Positions 1-13,200 of a stretch of DNA of 64,000 bases are shown piece after piece. The position numbers and the translations under genes are program-made. Position 1 is the first letter of the stretch. Each line of letters opens with the position of its first letter. The notes under the pieces are model-generated. The model saw only the letters and a program-made list of their open reading frames with translations. It had not been told where the DNA came from and searched no databases. The stretch comes from Eledone cirrhosa (Eukaryota): assembly GCA_964016885.1 (NCBI GenBank), contig OZ024757.1:1550001-1614000 (forward strand), given 5' to 3'.

Positions 1-29
1 TATATATATATATATATATATATATATAA

Positions 30-73
<44 letters not shown>

Positions 74-130
74 TTACACACACATATATATATGTAAGTA
101 TATATATATATATAAATATATATATATATT
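1..130. repeat. (TA)n microsatellite; one of many TA/CA tracts (others at ~2070-2500, 5370-6070, 14330-14640, 45925-46595, 46775-47070, 48700-49515, 53395-53660)
   Basis: Dinucleotide runs read directly; they produce the YIYI/THTH ORFs in the track. Confidence 0.97.
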
Positions 131-430
131 TTATTACAGCATTCCTTTATACGTATATACATACATAAACATATTATTTACAGTTGTATAAAAAAGAAGT
201 ATAATTGTTTCTACTTTTGGCACAAGGCCAGCAAATATCTCAGCACATTTCTGGTACTTTATTATATATAATATATATAATACAACATTCCTCTCTCTTT
301 CTGACTCTGACTTTTTAGATAGATACATATCTATAACGTTGCATGTTTATAATATCGGTCTGTGTGTCTGCCTGCCTGCATTGACTTCACTTCTAACCAA
401 CTTTTAATTAATTATATATATATATATAAT

Positions 431-723
431 TAATGAGATAATGAGGTTGAGATCGTGTAGGTGTCACGACAAAAAAAACAAAACACACAGTTCACGCTGT
501 AATGTGGTCGTGTAGGTAACACGGTAAAAAAGTTCCCACTCCACACTGTAAATGTGGTTGGTGTTAGGAAGGGCATCCAGCCATAGAAAACCTGCCAGAT
601 AGTCCTATACGAGCGAGACACGGTCACCCGACCAACCTTGCCTCAAATTGGGACAATCCCGTCTAACCCATGCTAGCGTGGAAGATGGACGTTAAACAAT
701 GATGATGATGATGATGATGATGA

Positions 724-727
<4 letters not shown>
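431..727 (+). mobile_element. RTE LINE 3'UTR fragment ending in (GAT)n tail
   Basis: Matches the 3'UTR following RTE ORFs at 45540-45925 and 55500-58106 (ggttggtgttaggaagggcatccagc...ccatgctagcgtggaagatggacgttaaac + (gat)n). Confidence 0.88.
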
Positions 728-751
<24 letters not shown>

Positions 752-754
<3 letters not shown>

Positions 755-2072
755 ACGGAGGAAATGTGGTAAGGAACCAGGTGGACCATAACGCACCAAA
801 GTACTCAATACGTAGGGTAGTAGAGTGGGTAATAGGAACGAGTAGGACCCCGACGGCTGAGCTCAAGCCGTTTCGACGGCTAATTCTGGACTAAATGAAA
901 ATTTTTATCCTGGTATTTGAATAGCCGAGCTTCTCAAGGGGTAATTCCATATATGGTAAAAGTGATTGTCACAAGGATTGGTCAAAAGTTTGTTGTTGAG
1001 ACATAATAATTCTATCATGGCAATTTGTGGAGGGAAGGGGTAGCTGAACCTGCCAGTAGGAGAAAGAGGGAGAGGGGTGGGGGTACTGAGGCTACAAAGG
1101 ACCGAGGGGCTGCCTCGGGTGGGCGAGAAAATGAAAAGGACGAGGACAAGGGGTGTGAGAGGGGAGATTCTGAATTAATTTTCCGTATCAAATTTTACAT
1201 ATACTTCGTACAAGCATTTATGTAGTTTGCACTAGAATTTTTGTATCGTGGCGGCACCTTTAGAGATAGTATTAGTATTCTTTTTCGGGATTCTGAATTA
1301 TTATTTCGTATTAGTTTATTTTTTTGCACTGGGTGGTTGCTGGCCTTGTGCCAAGGGTAGAAACCTTTATTTATTATCTCGTGGTAGTTTCTTTAGTATT
1401 TTGGCCCCTCACTTGTTGACCTGTCACCGTAAGATATACTCGGTTTATTACTTATAGCTCTTAAAAGGGTTTCATTATAATTCCGTCCCACCTAGTAAAC
1501 CTTTCTTTAGCCTAGCAGTACCAGTGAGAGACTTGATAGCTGTCCTTAGGTCGTAGTAACCAGAAATTGTTTTTTTTTTTTTTTACATTTAATTGCTTTT
1601 TAACACTCTCGGTATTTTTCTATATATTTACCCCATGTTGTTTTACTTATTCTTTCGACTTCCTCCCCCTCGCCCTCCCTAGTATCTTCTTTGACCTCAT
1701 GCCCAGCTGTAGTTGGCACTAACAACGCATGACTGGGTCTCCTCCACCCCCTCTCCCTCTTTCTCCTACTGGCAGGTTCAGCTACCCCTTCCCTCCACAA
1801 ATTGCCATGATAGAATTATTATGTCTCAACAACAAACTTTTGACCAATCATTGTGACAATCACTTTTACCATATATGGAATTACCCCTTGAGAAGCTCGG
1901 CTATTCAAATACCAGGATAAAAATTTTCATTTAGTCCAGAATTAGCCGTCGAAACAGCTTGAGCTCAGCCGTCGGGGTCTTACCTGTTCCTATTACCCAC
2001 TCTACTACCCTAAGTATTGAGTACTTTGGTGCGTTATGGTTCACCTGGTTCCTTACCACATTTCCTTTGTTA
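752..2072. mobile_element. Element with ~330-bp inverted arms (752-1080 / 1744-2072) flanked by (TA)n; Penelope-like pLTR family suspected
   Basis: The arms are reverse complements with a few substitutions. Related termini occur at 16820-16990 (next to a Penelope RT fragment) and 58173-58460. Confidence 0.7.
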
Positions 2073-2097
2073 TATATATATATATATATATATACTT

Positions 2098-2140
<43 letters not shown>

Positions 2141-2172
2141 AGTATATACATATATATATATATACACATAAG

Positions 2173-2235
<63 letters not shown>

Positions 2236-2646
2236 TTACATACATACACACATATATATACATATAGACACATACACATATATACACATATACATATACA
2301 TACAAATATATATGCATATATATATATATATACACATTCATACTTACATACAGATACGTATATATATACACATACATACACACATATGTACACATACATA
2401 TGCACACATATATACATATACATACATATATACACATACATATACACACATATGCACACATACATACACACACATATATACATATATACACATACTTACA
2501 AACAACCTGAACACCTACCTGTAATCAAGACACCTGCCAAACGATGTTCACACTCCAAATTTCACAAATCAAACCTGGAGCACAGGTTTTCTGGAGTATA
2601 ACATCAATGATATAAATAAATGGAAACTATTTATAAAACCATATTT

Positions 2647-2705
2647 ATTCTATTATATATATTTCAAGGGTACCAAAACTTTGGTACGCTCTTATCAGAT
2701 AAAAT
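2647..2705 (-). ncRNA. Degenerate minimal hammerhead ribozyme fold
   Basis: Minus strand: ATTTTAT-CTGATAA-[GTACCAAA/TTTGGTAC stem II]-GAA-ATATATAT-A-ATAGAAT. Stem I is 7 bp and stem III is palindromic. G8->A breaks the C3-G8 pair. Confidence 0.5.
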
Positions 2706-3245
2706 ACAAAGTTTGTTTTATAAATAGTGACATATCCAGGAATGAGACCTTAACGGTTCAAGTTTTACCTGGATAGGTAAAACTTGAACTGTTAAGGTAT
2801 CTGCCAGATAGTCCTATATGAGCAAGACACAGTCACCCGATCAATCTTACCTCAAGAGGGACAATTCCTGTGTAACCCATGCTAGCGTGGAAGATGGACG
2901 TATAATGATGATGATGATAATATATATATATATACATCATCATCATCATCGTTTAACGTCCACTTTCCACACTAGCATAGTCTGAACCAAGGAGACCACT
3001 AATCATGGGAGTACTCAATACATGGGGAGATGTAGAGTGGGTATAGAGATATGTAAAATCCCGACCACGGGACCGGTTTCGGCTTGTGTGTTCAGTAAGA
3101 CTTTCAAGGGCGTAGAAAAAGCTTGCTGAACCTGCTTGGTGTCATGGTCAAGATTTTACACGTCTCTCTCTCTCTTTCTCTCTCTGTGTATGTATGTATG
3201 TATGTATGTATGTATGTATGTATGTTTTGTTTTTAGTCCTGCAGG

Positions 3246-3551
3246 ATGTTGACTTGTTCTTCTTTTTGGTAAATATCATCTTGGTTAAGAGAGTGGGACT
3301 GGCTTTGTGCAGTGCCTTTGCTCACTATAAAAGCTTCACGGCACAGGCATTGCTTTTATCTGGAGATCTCTCTGCACTTGTCGCCACATGGTACCATGGG
3401 CCCAGCACTATGTGTCAATAATTGTCACAAGTGTAGTGTTTGTACCAGAGTTTTCAAGTCGCTGGCTGGACTAAAAAGTCACATTCGGTAGGGGTTCTCC
3501 TACATGGATATAAAGTAGTGGCCGTACTCGAAAACGAGTTGGCAGCCACCA
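3246..3551. repeat. Interspersed repeat, unclassified; inverted copy at ~48095-48415
   Basis: Near-identical reverse-complement copy (gatgttgacttgttcttc...gagttggcagccacc). Confidence 0.8.
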
Positions 3552-4122
3552 TGTATGTATGTATATATATATATATATATGTGAGAGTATTGAAGTTTGC
3601 TTGAAGCATTGTGGAATAATAAGTAAATATCTTTAAGTCTTTTGGAGGCCTCGACAATGCAATTGGGTAAATCTCCGGGTAACAAGGTCCGGTGGTGGAG
3701 AGAGAGATGTAAGTGGGTGTACGTTGAGATGCGTGGTGTGTATAAGATGTGTGAGATGTGTAGAATGAAGGGAAGAGTATAAAGGATAAAATAAAAATAA
3801 CAACACAAGAGAGAGTTACCTTGGGAGAGATTTAATAGTCCCTATATATTTCGGATTCACATCTATCAACTGGGTTTTTTTTCCGGGGTGGTGGAAAAGG
3901 TTGTCTGTCGGACAAGTCCGGAACGCATCCTTCGCTGTTTGTTGTTTTGAATATATATATATAGTGAAAGAGTGAAGAATAACATGGTCGGCTACAAAAA
4001 GGGTTTTATTTACAGTATTAACAAATGTTTCATTGATCAGGTGAGTCTAAAGGCCGCTGATCACTCGGATATATATATTTATTCTAAAAGGTTAACCAAA
4101 ACCAAATGAATATGGCCTCACA

Positions 4123-4218
4123 AAGTTAACCTCGGCAGGATTTGAACTCAGACCATAAAGGGCCGTAACTCTTTGCTGTAAAGCATGGCGTCTGACCCTC
4201 TACCGATACTGCCAACCC
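4123..4218 (-). mobile_element. tRNA-derived SINE head
   Basis: Minus strand has A-box-like TGGCAGTATCGG and B-box GAGTTCAAATCC. Related copies at ~17210-17270 and 31935-32100. Confidence 0.7.
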
Positions 4219-4465
4219 AGTTAGCATAAACGAGAGATGTCATCATCATCATCATCTTCATTTAACGTCCATCTTCCAAGCTAGCATTAGAGTTTAATTA
4301 CAACCCCAAACAATTCAATATCAATACAGATCAATACAGATCAATACAGATCACTCAAGTCATATATTAATTGTGAAAATATAAAAGTATATCACAGTTT
4401 AAACAATAGTTGAGAGTTTTACTTTGTAGAGTTTTAATATTTATAGTTTGGAAGAACAACCCATC

Positions 4466-5295
4466 TAACTGTAACTACTACTACTACTGCTACTGCTACT
4501 ACTACTACTACTACTACTGCTACTACTACTGCTACTGCTGCTACTGCTACTAGTACTACTGCTACTACTACTGCTACTACTGCTACTACTACTACTACTA
4601 CTACTGCTACTACTACTACTGCTACTACTACTGCTACTACTACTACTGCTACTACTACTACTGCTACTACTACTGCTACTACTGCTACTACTACTACTAC
4701 TACTACTACTGCTACTACTGATGCTACTACTGCTACTACTACTGCTGCTACTACTACTACTACTGCTACTACAACTACTACTACTACTGCTACTACAACT
4801 ACTACTACTGCTACTACTACTGCTACTACTGCTACTACTACTACTGCTACTACTACTACTACTACTACTGCTACTACTACTACTACTACTACTGCTACTA
4901 CTACTGCTACTACTACTGCTGCTGCTACTACTACTACTACTACTACTGCTACTACAACTACTACTACTACTGCTACTACAACTACTGCTACTACTACTGC
5001 TACTACTGCTACTACTACTACTACTACTGCTACTACTACTACTACTACTACTGCTACTACTACTACTACTACTGCTACTACTGCTACTACTGTTACTACT
5101 ACTACTACTGCTACTACAACTACTACTACTACTACTACTACTACTGCTACAACTGCTACTACTACTACTACTGTTACTACTGCTACTGTTACTACTGCTA
5201 TCAACCGCCACCACTACCACCACAACCACCACCGCCACTACTACCACCATAACCACCACTACACCACTTCCACTACCACCACCACCACTACTGTA
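4466..5295. repeat. (CTA/CTG)n trinucleotide array grading into (CCA)n
   Basis: Read directly; gives poly-S, poly-L and poly-V ORFs. Confidence 0.97.
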
Positions 5296-5370
5296 ATTCC
5301 AGTCACATGATTAAACTGGGAAAAAATATTTCAATTGACAATTTAACCTACAGATTTCCTTCCTATCTAC

Positions 5371-5438
<68 letters not shown>

Positions 5439-5507
5439 AGTATATATATATGTGTGTGTGTGTGTGTGTGAGTATATATATATATATATGTGTGTGTATG
5501 TGTGTGA

Positions 5508-5569
<62 letters not shown>

Positions 5570-5792
5570 TTATATATGTTAATACAAGTGTGTGTGTGTG
5601 TGCGTGTATATATATATATATGTTTATATATATATGTGTGTGCGTGAAGGTCGTGTGAACTGACCTAAAATATCTGAGAGTCAGAGGAGATGACAAAGGA
5701 TTGTAAAGAGAGGAGGACCTGTCCAACCCATGCTAGCTTGGAAATACACACGTAATAACAGTAATATATGTGTGCATGTGATTGTATGTATG

Positions 5793-5823
<31 letters not shown>

Positions 5824-5896
5824 GTATATATGTATATATGTATATATATATATATGTATGTATATATATATATGTGTATATATATATCTATATATG

Positions 5897-5927
<31 letters not shown>

Positions 5928-5950
5928 GTGTATATATATATCTATATATG

Positions 5951-5981
<31 letters not shown>

Positions 5982-6719
5982 GTGTGTGTATATATATATA
6001 TACATACATACAATCACATGCACACATATATCACTGTTATTACGTGTGTAGTTTTCTGTATGTGTGTGCGTGGACAATTTTTAATGAGGGCTCATATATT
6101 CTAAACCATTCATGCGATTTCTTTGAAATTTTTTACAGAGCTTCTCCTTGCACAAAACCTGTACATGATCTACAAAGGCTTTCAAAAATCGATATTGGGA
6201 CCTTTGGAGACATTAAAAAAGTTTCGGTTATTTGTGTGAATTTTCGTGATTAAGTAAGATAAGAGTTATCTGTCGTAATTCGGCTCATTCGGATTTTAAT
6301 TTACTCTTTGTACTTGAAACAAAAGGTACGCTTCCTTGAGACTAACAATAACATTTTGTATATTTTACAACCAGCAATTTCTAACAGATTACTAAGTTAA
6401 GTTATAGATTTGACATTGTATAATTTATCGTTTCAAGCTTGATATTCATACATTAAGTGATGTCATAACTTTTACAATATTATGCTTTGTACATAATAGT
6501 GTCTATTATTCACTTCACTTCTCTATGATGCGCTGATTGGTGTGTGAGTGGCGTGTGTTTGTAGTTTGTATGCATGAGTGTTGGTCTGTGTGTGTGCCGT
6601 GAGTGTCAATAAGTGTTTTTTTTTATGACCTTGCTGTAAAATGGAGGGGTAGAGAGGGCTCTTGAGTCTAGTAAGACATCTTCTCTAGTGCTGGTGGCAC
6701 AAATAGAAGCACCCAGTCC

Positions 6720-8330
6720 ATGCTGTAAAGTGGCGCTGGTGTTAGGAAGGGCATCCAACCAGTGTATCAATACCAAAACGATTATTAGCACAGCAACAAG
6801 TACATAGGAACAACAAAAATATGAAGACGTCGCATTGCAGAGTTGCAACACTTAATGTTGGCACTCTCAGAGGTAGATCTGCTGAAATAGCGGGGATGCT
6901 GGAGAGAAGGCATGTGGATGTGTGCTGCGTGCAAGAGGTGAGATGGAGAGGTGCCTCTGCGAGACTAATCATAGGCAAACATCTTAGCTATAAGCTATTC
7001 TGGGTAGGTAAGGATCATGGGTTAGGGGGAGTAGGCATTTTCCTGGCTGAGAGCTGGATCAATAAGACAATAGAGGTAGTTCGAATTAGTAATCGAATAA
7101 TTAAGCTTAGATTAGTTGTAGGCAAGAGACTACTAACAATCATCTCTGCCTATGCTCCCCAAGTAGGCCTAGGCAAAGAAGAGAAAGACTGCTTTTACGA
7201 GCAACTTTTACAAACAACCGCAATGACAGAGGACAGAGACATTGTTATGCTAGCAGGGGACTTCAATGGTCATGTTGGACAGCTCCAGGATGGTTACATT
7301 GCGGCTCAAGAAATGAAGAAGGAGTGAGACTTCTTGAATTTTGTGATGCAAATGCACTGACTATTTGCAACACTAACTTCCAGAAACCTGCCAACCACCT
7401 AATAATCTACAAATTTGGCGAGCACATAAGCCAGATTGACTTCTTACTAGTTAGGCAGATAGTGTCTAATACCAAGGCATACCCTGGGGAAGAATGTACC
7501 CCACAGCATAGGTTAGTCGTTAGTGATATCTCAGTAAGCAAGAGATGGAATGAGACATACAGGAAGGTGTGGAGAAGAAAGGTCTGGAAGCTAAAAGACC
7601 TTTCACTAAAATACAAATTTAGGAAAGCCCTTCAAGATGTGTATGACGAAAAAGAAGACGATTTAGAGACGTATGACATAGATAATAACTGGAAGTTTTT
7701 ACGTGACAACTTACTGCAGGCTACTAATGAAACCTGTGGCTGGGGCAAAGCTCCAACCAGACAGAGAGTGACCTGGTGGTGGAACAGCACAGTAGATAAG
7801 GCCATTAGAGACAAAAGACTAGCATGGAAGGCTTGGAAAAAGGGTGGGAGTAGAGAAGGATATACAGCCGCTAAGAGAGAAGCTAGACATCAGGTGTACT
7901 TAGCACGCAGGGAGACTGAGAGTAGGAGGTTTGCCAATGTTCTGCGACGGGAAGATCAGAGGCGTGCGGTGTTCCACATTGCAAGGCAGTGTGTCAATGC
8001 AAATCAGGATGTTGTTGGAGATGTGCCCGGAATGATGAATCAGAAAAAGGAGGCCTGGAAATGTCATTATGAGAGACTGATGAATGTGGAGAATGAATGG
8101 GAGAGAGAGAAATTACCCTCAGTAGATCCGACAGAGGGACCAGCTATTGAGATTGACGAATATAGGGTCCAAAAAGCGATTAAGGAAATGAAAAATAGTA
8201 AGGCTGCTGGACCATCGGGGATATTTGCTGAGATGCTGAAGGCATCAGGAGACTCAACTGGTTGCACGCATCATCAATCAGGCTGTTTATGGTGGTGTCA
8301 TACCCAAAGACTGGAGCAGCAGTATTCTCA
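6720..8330 (+). mobile_element. RTE LINE 5' part: APE endonuclease plus linker, frameshifted and 3'-truncated
   Basis: ORFs 6821-7327 and 7324-8397: VATLNVGTL, DVCCVQEVRW, SAYAPQ, AGDFNGHVG, SQIDF, QHRLVV, TWWWN, KAAGPSG. Confidence 0.93.
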
Positions 8331-8357
8331 TATATATATATGTGTGTGTGTATATAT

Positions 8358-8880
8358 ATCATCATCATCTTTGTTTAACGTCCATCTTCCACGCTAGCAT
8401 GGGTTAGATGGGAGTTGTCCCACTTGAGGAAAGGTTGGTCGGGTGACCGTGTCTCGCTCATATAGGACTATCTGGCAGGCTTTTTACGGCTGGATGCCCT
8501 TCCTAACACCAACCACATTTACAGTGTGGAACTGGGAACTTTTTACAGCGTGGACTGTTTTTTTTCTCGTGACACCTACACGATCTCGATTTCATTATCT
8601 CATTTATTTGGACTGGATGTTGTGGTACCAACTTTACAGAGAGAGGGTGGTGTTGGTGGGAGTGGGAGGATAGGGTAGGGTTAGTGGGATGGGGGTGTAT
8701 ATTTGGTTAGGAGGTACTTACTGACTGTAGGTTTCACTATATACATAGGCAAGGTGTGTCTTCTGTATTACTACGTAGTGCCAAAGATCTCGGTCCAGTG
8801 ACATTGTCTTAGAGAGGTGCAAGTGTGTGAGATTGGAATTTATCAGATCGTCCCAGGTTTTTCTGGGTCTACCTACTCCA
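8358..8880 (-). mobile_element. RTE 3' end (ORF terminus, 3'UTR, (GAT)n tail)
   Basis: Reverse complement of the 45440-45900 type sequence, with (cat)n at the left end. Confidence 0.88.
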
Positions 8881-8931
8881 TAACTACCATCAATTTTGAT
8901 CGCCCTGCACTTATGTGTGTGTATATATATA

Positions 8932-8975
<44 letters not shown>

Positions 8976-9047
8976 ATTATATATTGTGTGGTGTGTATAT
9001 ATATATATACAATTATATTGTCTGTGTATATATATATATATATATCG

Positions 9048-9546
9048 ACCACCTCACACACTTGCACCTCTCCAAGACAATGTCACTGGACCGAGATCTT
9101 TGGTGCTACGCAGTAATACAGAAGACCTGCCTTGCCTATGTACAAAGCGAAACCTACACTCAGTAGGCACCTCTTAACCAAATATACACCCCAATCCACT
9201 ACTCCTACTCTATCCTCCCACTCCTGCCAACACCACCCTCTCTCTATAAAGTTGGTACCACAACATCCAGTCCAAAATAAATGAGGTCGTGAATGGGTCA
9301 CGACAAAACACACAGTCCAGGCTGTAATGTGGCCGTGTAGGTAACACGGTAAAAAGTTCCCAGTTCCACACTGTAAATGTGGTTGGTGTTAGGAAGGGCA
9401 TGCAGTCGTAGAAAACCTGGCAGATAGTCCTATATGAGCGAGACACGGTCACCCAACCAACCTTACCTCAAGTGGGACAACTCCCGTCTAACCCATGCTA
9501 ACGTGGAAGATAGACGTTAAACGAAGATGATGATGATGATGATGAT
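9048..9546 (+). mobile_element. RTE 3' end ([17 protein letters not shown], 3'UTR, (GAT)n)
   Basis: Same family as 8358-8880, in the opposite orientation. Confidence 0.88.
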
Positions 9547-9556
9547 ATATATATAC

Positions 9557-9592
<36 letters not shown>

Positions 9593-9663
9593 GCATATAC
9601 ATATATATATATGCATATACATGTATATATATAAATGCATACACAAATACACACACAGACACA

Positions 9664-9716
<53 letters not shown>

Positions 9717-9840
9717 GTTATTCCGGGTTGAATCGGAGGTAACAACAGTAAGTAAGGTACTCAATACATAGCAGAGTATAAAAGTTTTAATATAGATGAG
9801 ATTCTACAGGACTAGAACTGTTTCATTCTTTAGAAATCTT

Positions 9841-9896
<56 letters not shown>

Positions 9897-9925
9897 TATT
9901 TCTCTCTCAATTTTTCATTTTGATT

Positions 9926-10210
9926 CCCACCACCACCACTACCACCACAGCCAGCACACCACTAGCACCACCACTCCCACCACACCACCACCACCACAAT
10001 AACAACACACTACCACCACCACTACCACCACAGCCAGCACACCACTACCACGACCACTACCACTACCACCACACCACCACCACCACAACCACCACCACCA
10101 CCACTACCAACACAGCCACCACACCACCACCACCACTACCACCACACCACCACCACCACCACAATAACAACAATACACCACTACCACCACAACAACAACA
10201 ACACCACACC
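9926..10210. repeat. (CAC/CCA/CAA)n degenerate trinucleotide tract
   Basis: Read directly. Confidence 0.93.
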
Positions 10211-10709
10211 ATGGCCAGAGTCCAATGGTCGAAACTAGAACAAAACAATCCAAAGTTTGTAATTCCACCATATTGCCATTCTTCCATGACAACGTCAAAT
10301 ATATTTTGGTGTCTCTCACAAGTCATACTTCTATCATACAAAACTTTATATCCATCTCATGAATAAGACCTTTTTTAAGTTATGTTCCATCTTCATAATG
10401 TTTATATTTATCTCATGAATGAGCCCTTCATTAAGTTATGTTCCAAACACCATCTTCATAATGTATATATTTGTCTAATAAATAAAAACACTTTCCTTTA
10501 TAATCCTATGTCTGAATCTTCATTAACCCTTTAGCATATAAAACTGGCCATATCCGGTTGTATCCAGCAAGAATTCTCACCTCTTTCTACTAAAACTGGT
10601 TGTAACTGGCCAGAATTCTCTCACCTCTTTCAAATTAAACCAGATGTAACTGGCTGCTCATACTGGTATTGTTCTCAAAATAAATAATATCAAAATCTTT
10701 AGAATTCGA

Positions 10710-11688
10710 TATTATGTGAGGTAAAGCCTTTACCATGACAATACAATAATAAATATAGAGTAATGTAAATGTTATGTGAGATATTATGTGAGATAAAGCC
10801 TTTACTGTGACAATACAATAATAAATATAGAGTAATGTAAATGTTATGTGAGATATTATGTGAGGTAAAGCCTTTATTGTGAAAATACAATAGTATATAT
10901 AGAGTAATGTAAATGTTATGTGAGATAATATGTGAGGTAAAGCCTTTACTGTGAAAATACAATAGTAAATATAGAGTAATGTAAAAGATATGTGAGATAT
11001 TATGTGAGGTAAAGCCTTTAGTGTGAAAATACAATAATAAATATACAGTAATGTAAATGTTATGTGAGATATTATGTGGAGTAAAGCCTTTACTGTGAAA
11101 ATACAATAATAAATATACAGTAATGTAAATGTTATGTGAGATATTATGTGAGGTAAAGCCTTTACTGTGAAAATACAATAGTATATATAGAGTAATGTAA
11201 ATGTTATGTGAGATAATATGTGAGGTAAAGCCTTTACCGTGAAAATATAATAGTATATATAGAATAATGTAAATGTTATGTGAGGTAAAGCCTTTACCGA
11301 GAAAATACAATAGTATATATAGAGCAATGTAAATGTTATGTGAGATATTATGTGAGGTAAAGCCTTTACTGTGAAAATACAATAGTATATATAGAGTAAT
11401 GTAAATGTTATGTGAGATAATATGTGAGGTAAAGACTTTACTGTAAAAATATAATAGAATATATAGAGTAATGTAAATGTTATGTGAGATATTATGTGAG
11501 GTAAAGCCTTTACTGTGAAAATACAATAGTATATTTCGAGTAATGTAAATGTTATGTGAGATATTATGTGAGGTAAAGCCTTTACTGTGAAAATACAATA
11601 GTATATATAGAGTAATGTAAATGTTATGTGAGATATTATGTGAGGTAAAGCCTTTACAGTGAAAATACAATAGTATATATAGAGTAAT
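10710..11688. repeat. 72-bp minisatellite, ~13-14 copies; resumes at 13201-13308 after the LINE insertion
   Basis: Unit gtgaaaatacaatagtatatatagagtaatgtaaatgttatgtgagatattatgtgaggtaaagcctttact; 24-aa periodicity in the minus-strand ORFs. Confidence 0.95.
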
Positions 11689-13200
11689 TTCTTTATTTGC
11701 CACCAGGGCACAAAAGATAGGGACAGATACAAGGGGAGAAGTTTACATATAAAAAACGAGTACAAAAATATAAAAATGAAATAACAACAACAAACGAAGT
11801 CCTCAATAGTGAGGGGGCATTAACATGGGTCGCACACACCCCAGAAAAAATGAGCAACCCTTCTCCTCAGGAGCACAAAGAGTAGGTGCTTCCCTCGTCT
11901 CCTCTTTTTCCTCTTCTTTCACCTACAGGCTAATATAGAGAGAAGACCCATTCACTCTGGCCATTCTCCCTACTTTCACCCACCTTTCATAAAACTTGCT
12001 GGGGTAGAGCACCTCTCTCTCCATTCTGATCCTTCTTTTAAAATGGTATTTGAAAAAGGGGACCAGTTGTTGGCCGGAGAGAAAGGTGTCTGACCTCAGC
12101 CCTTTCAGCCTCGTGCACCATACAACTTCTTTAGCCATGGCTATCACACAGAGAAAAACCGCCTCTCCTTCGTTTTTGAAAGGGGGAGGCGGTTTGATCG
12201 TGACAATGGACTCGGTGGTCAACCGGATTGGTCCCACCCTCGACAGTAGTCGTTCCACATAGCCCCACAGGTCAGCAATGCCTGGGCAGTGTACGAATGC
12301 GTGCGCAACGGTTTCATCGACATGCACGCATCTCGGACAGATCTTATTCAAAGGATCCCTACCCAGGCTCCCATGCCTGTGGAGCTTGTCTCGAACAGGT
12401 AGAGCCCCTCGGTAGCACTGCCAAGCCAGGGACTTTTGGAAGTTGTCCATCGGTCCAGGGCCAAACGTCCTACCGAACAGACTGGCCAGTTCATCTTCCT
12501 CCATGCCTAGAGCTTCTCCGAGAGCATCGTCGCACCTGCTGCGTACCAACCCTCTATAGAATGTCGAGGTGGAGTCTCCACTGATTGCCGGGTCCGCTTT
12601 CCAGAGGGCCGTGAGCGCCTGGGCACATTCAATATGCCAGTCGCCCACTTTTCTCGGTCTTTGCTTGACCCAGGATTGCAGCTCGGTGAGCGAGACAAGT
12701 CTGGGAAAGGCTCGCCTCACAAACGGGGCCCACACCAGTTGACTGGTGAGGAATACCTGGAGGTGCCGTAGCCTTAATGCGTGTTTACGCATCTGTAGCC
12801 ACGGCATCCCCAGCCCTCCTTTCGAAGGGTGTTGACAGCAGATGGATCTCCTCACCAAAGGGGTCCGCTTGTTCCAAAGAAATTGGAACAGCGCGCACTC
12901 CATTTTGGCGAGTCTTTTCACTGGGCAAGGCACGACGGTCAAGCGGTAGTAGATGACGGATGCTATATAAGCATTCGCCACCTCCGCTTGACCTTTCCGG
13001 GATAGTTTGCACTGGGCCCACTTCTGGGCGAGTGCAAACACCCTGGCCGTTACCTCGTTCCAGTTTTTCTCCACCTGGAGATCTGGTCCGAACCAGACCC
13101 CAAGCAGCTTCACCGGGCTCTCCGTCCAGCGTCCGACGACGTCGTTGGAGGGCATCGGTTTACCTCTCCATGTTCCGAGTTGCAAACCGACGGACTTGTC
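11689..13200 (-). mobile_element. 5'-truncated L1/Tx1-like LINE: ORF2 C-terminus with CCHC zinc finger plus 3'UTR
   Basis: VKLLGVWF, GGLGMP, WQCYRGALPVRDKL, CPRC..ETVAHAFVHC. The frame is open to the stop at 11923, and the element ends in AATAAAGAAA. Confidence 0.9.

Noticed and set aside
860-905. Hammerhead in the 752-2072 arm family (also partial motifs at ~3065-3100 and ~4020-4070)
   Set aside because: A GAAAC half-motif is present on the minus strand, but the CUGANGA half or the stems cannot be drawn convincingly.
4123-4218. Genuine tRNA genes (also ~18090-18164 and 31935-32005)
   Set aside because: A/B boxes are present but there is no clean cloverleaf, and the related copies continue into SINE bodies.
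4434-5296. Poly-Ser, poly-Leu and poly-Val proteins
   Set aside because: Translations of a trinucleotide microsatellite with no flanking gene structure.
6085-6470. Possible DNA-transposon remnant (also ~58510-58745)
   Set aside because: The composition is suggestive, but no TIR pair, TSD or coding motif could be identified.
10635-11765. 376-aa and 334-aa repeat proteins
   Set aside because: Stop-free readings of a 72-bp minisatellite inside a MITE.
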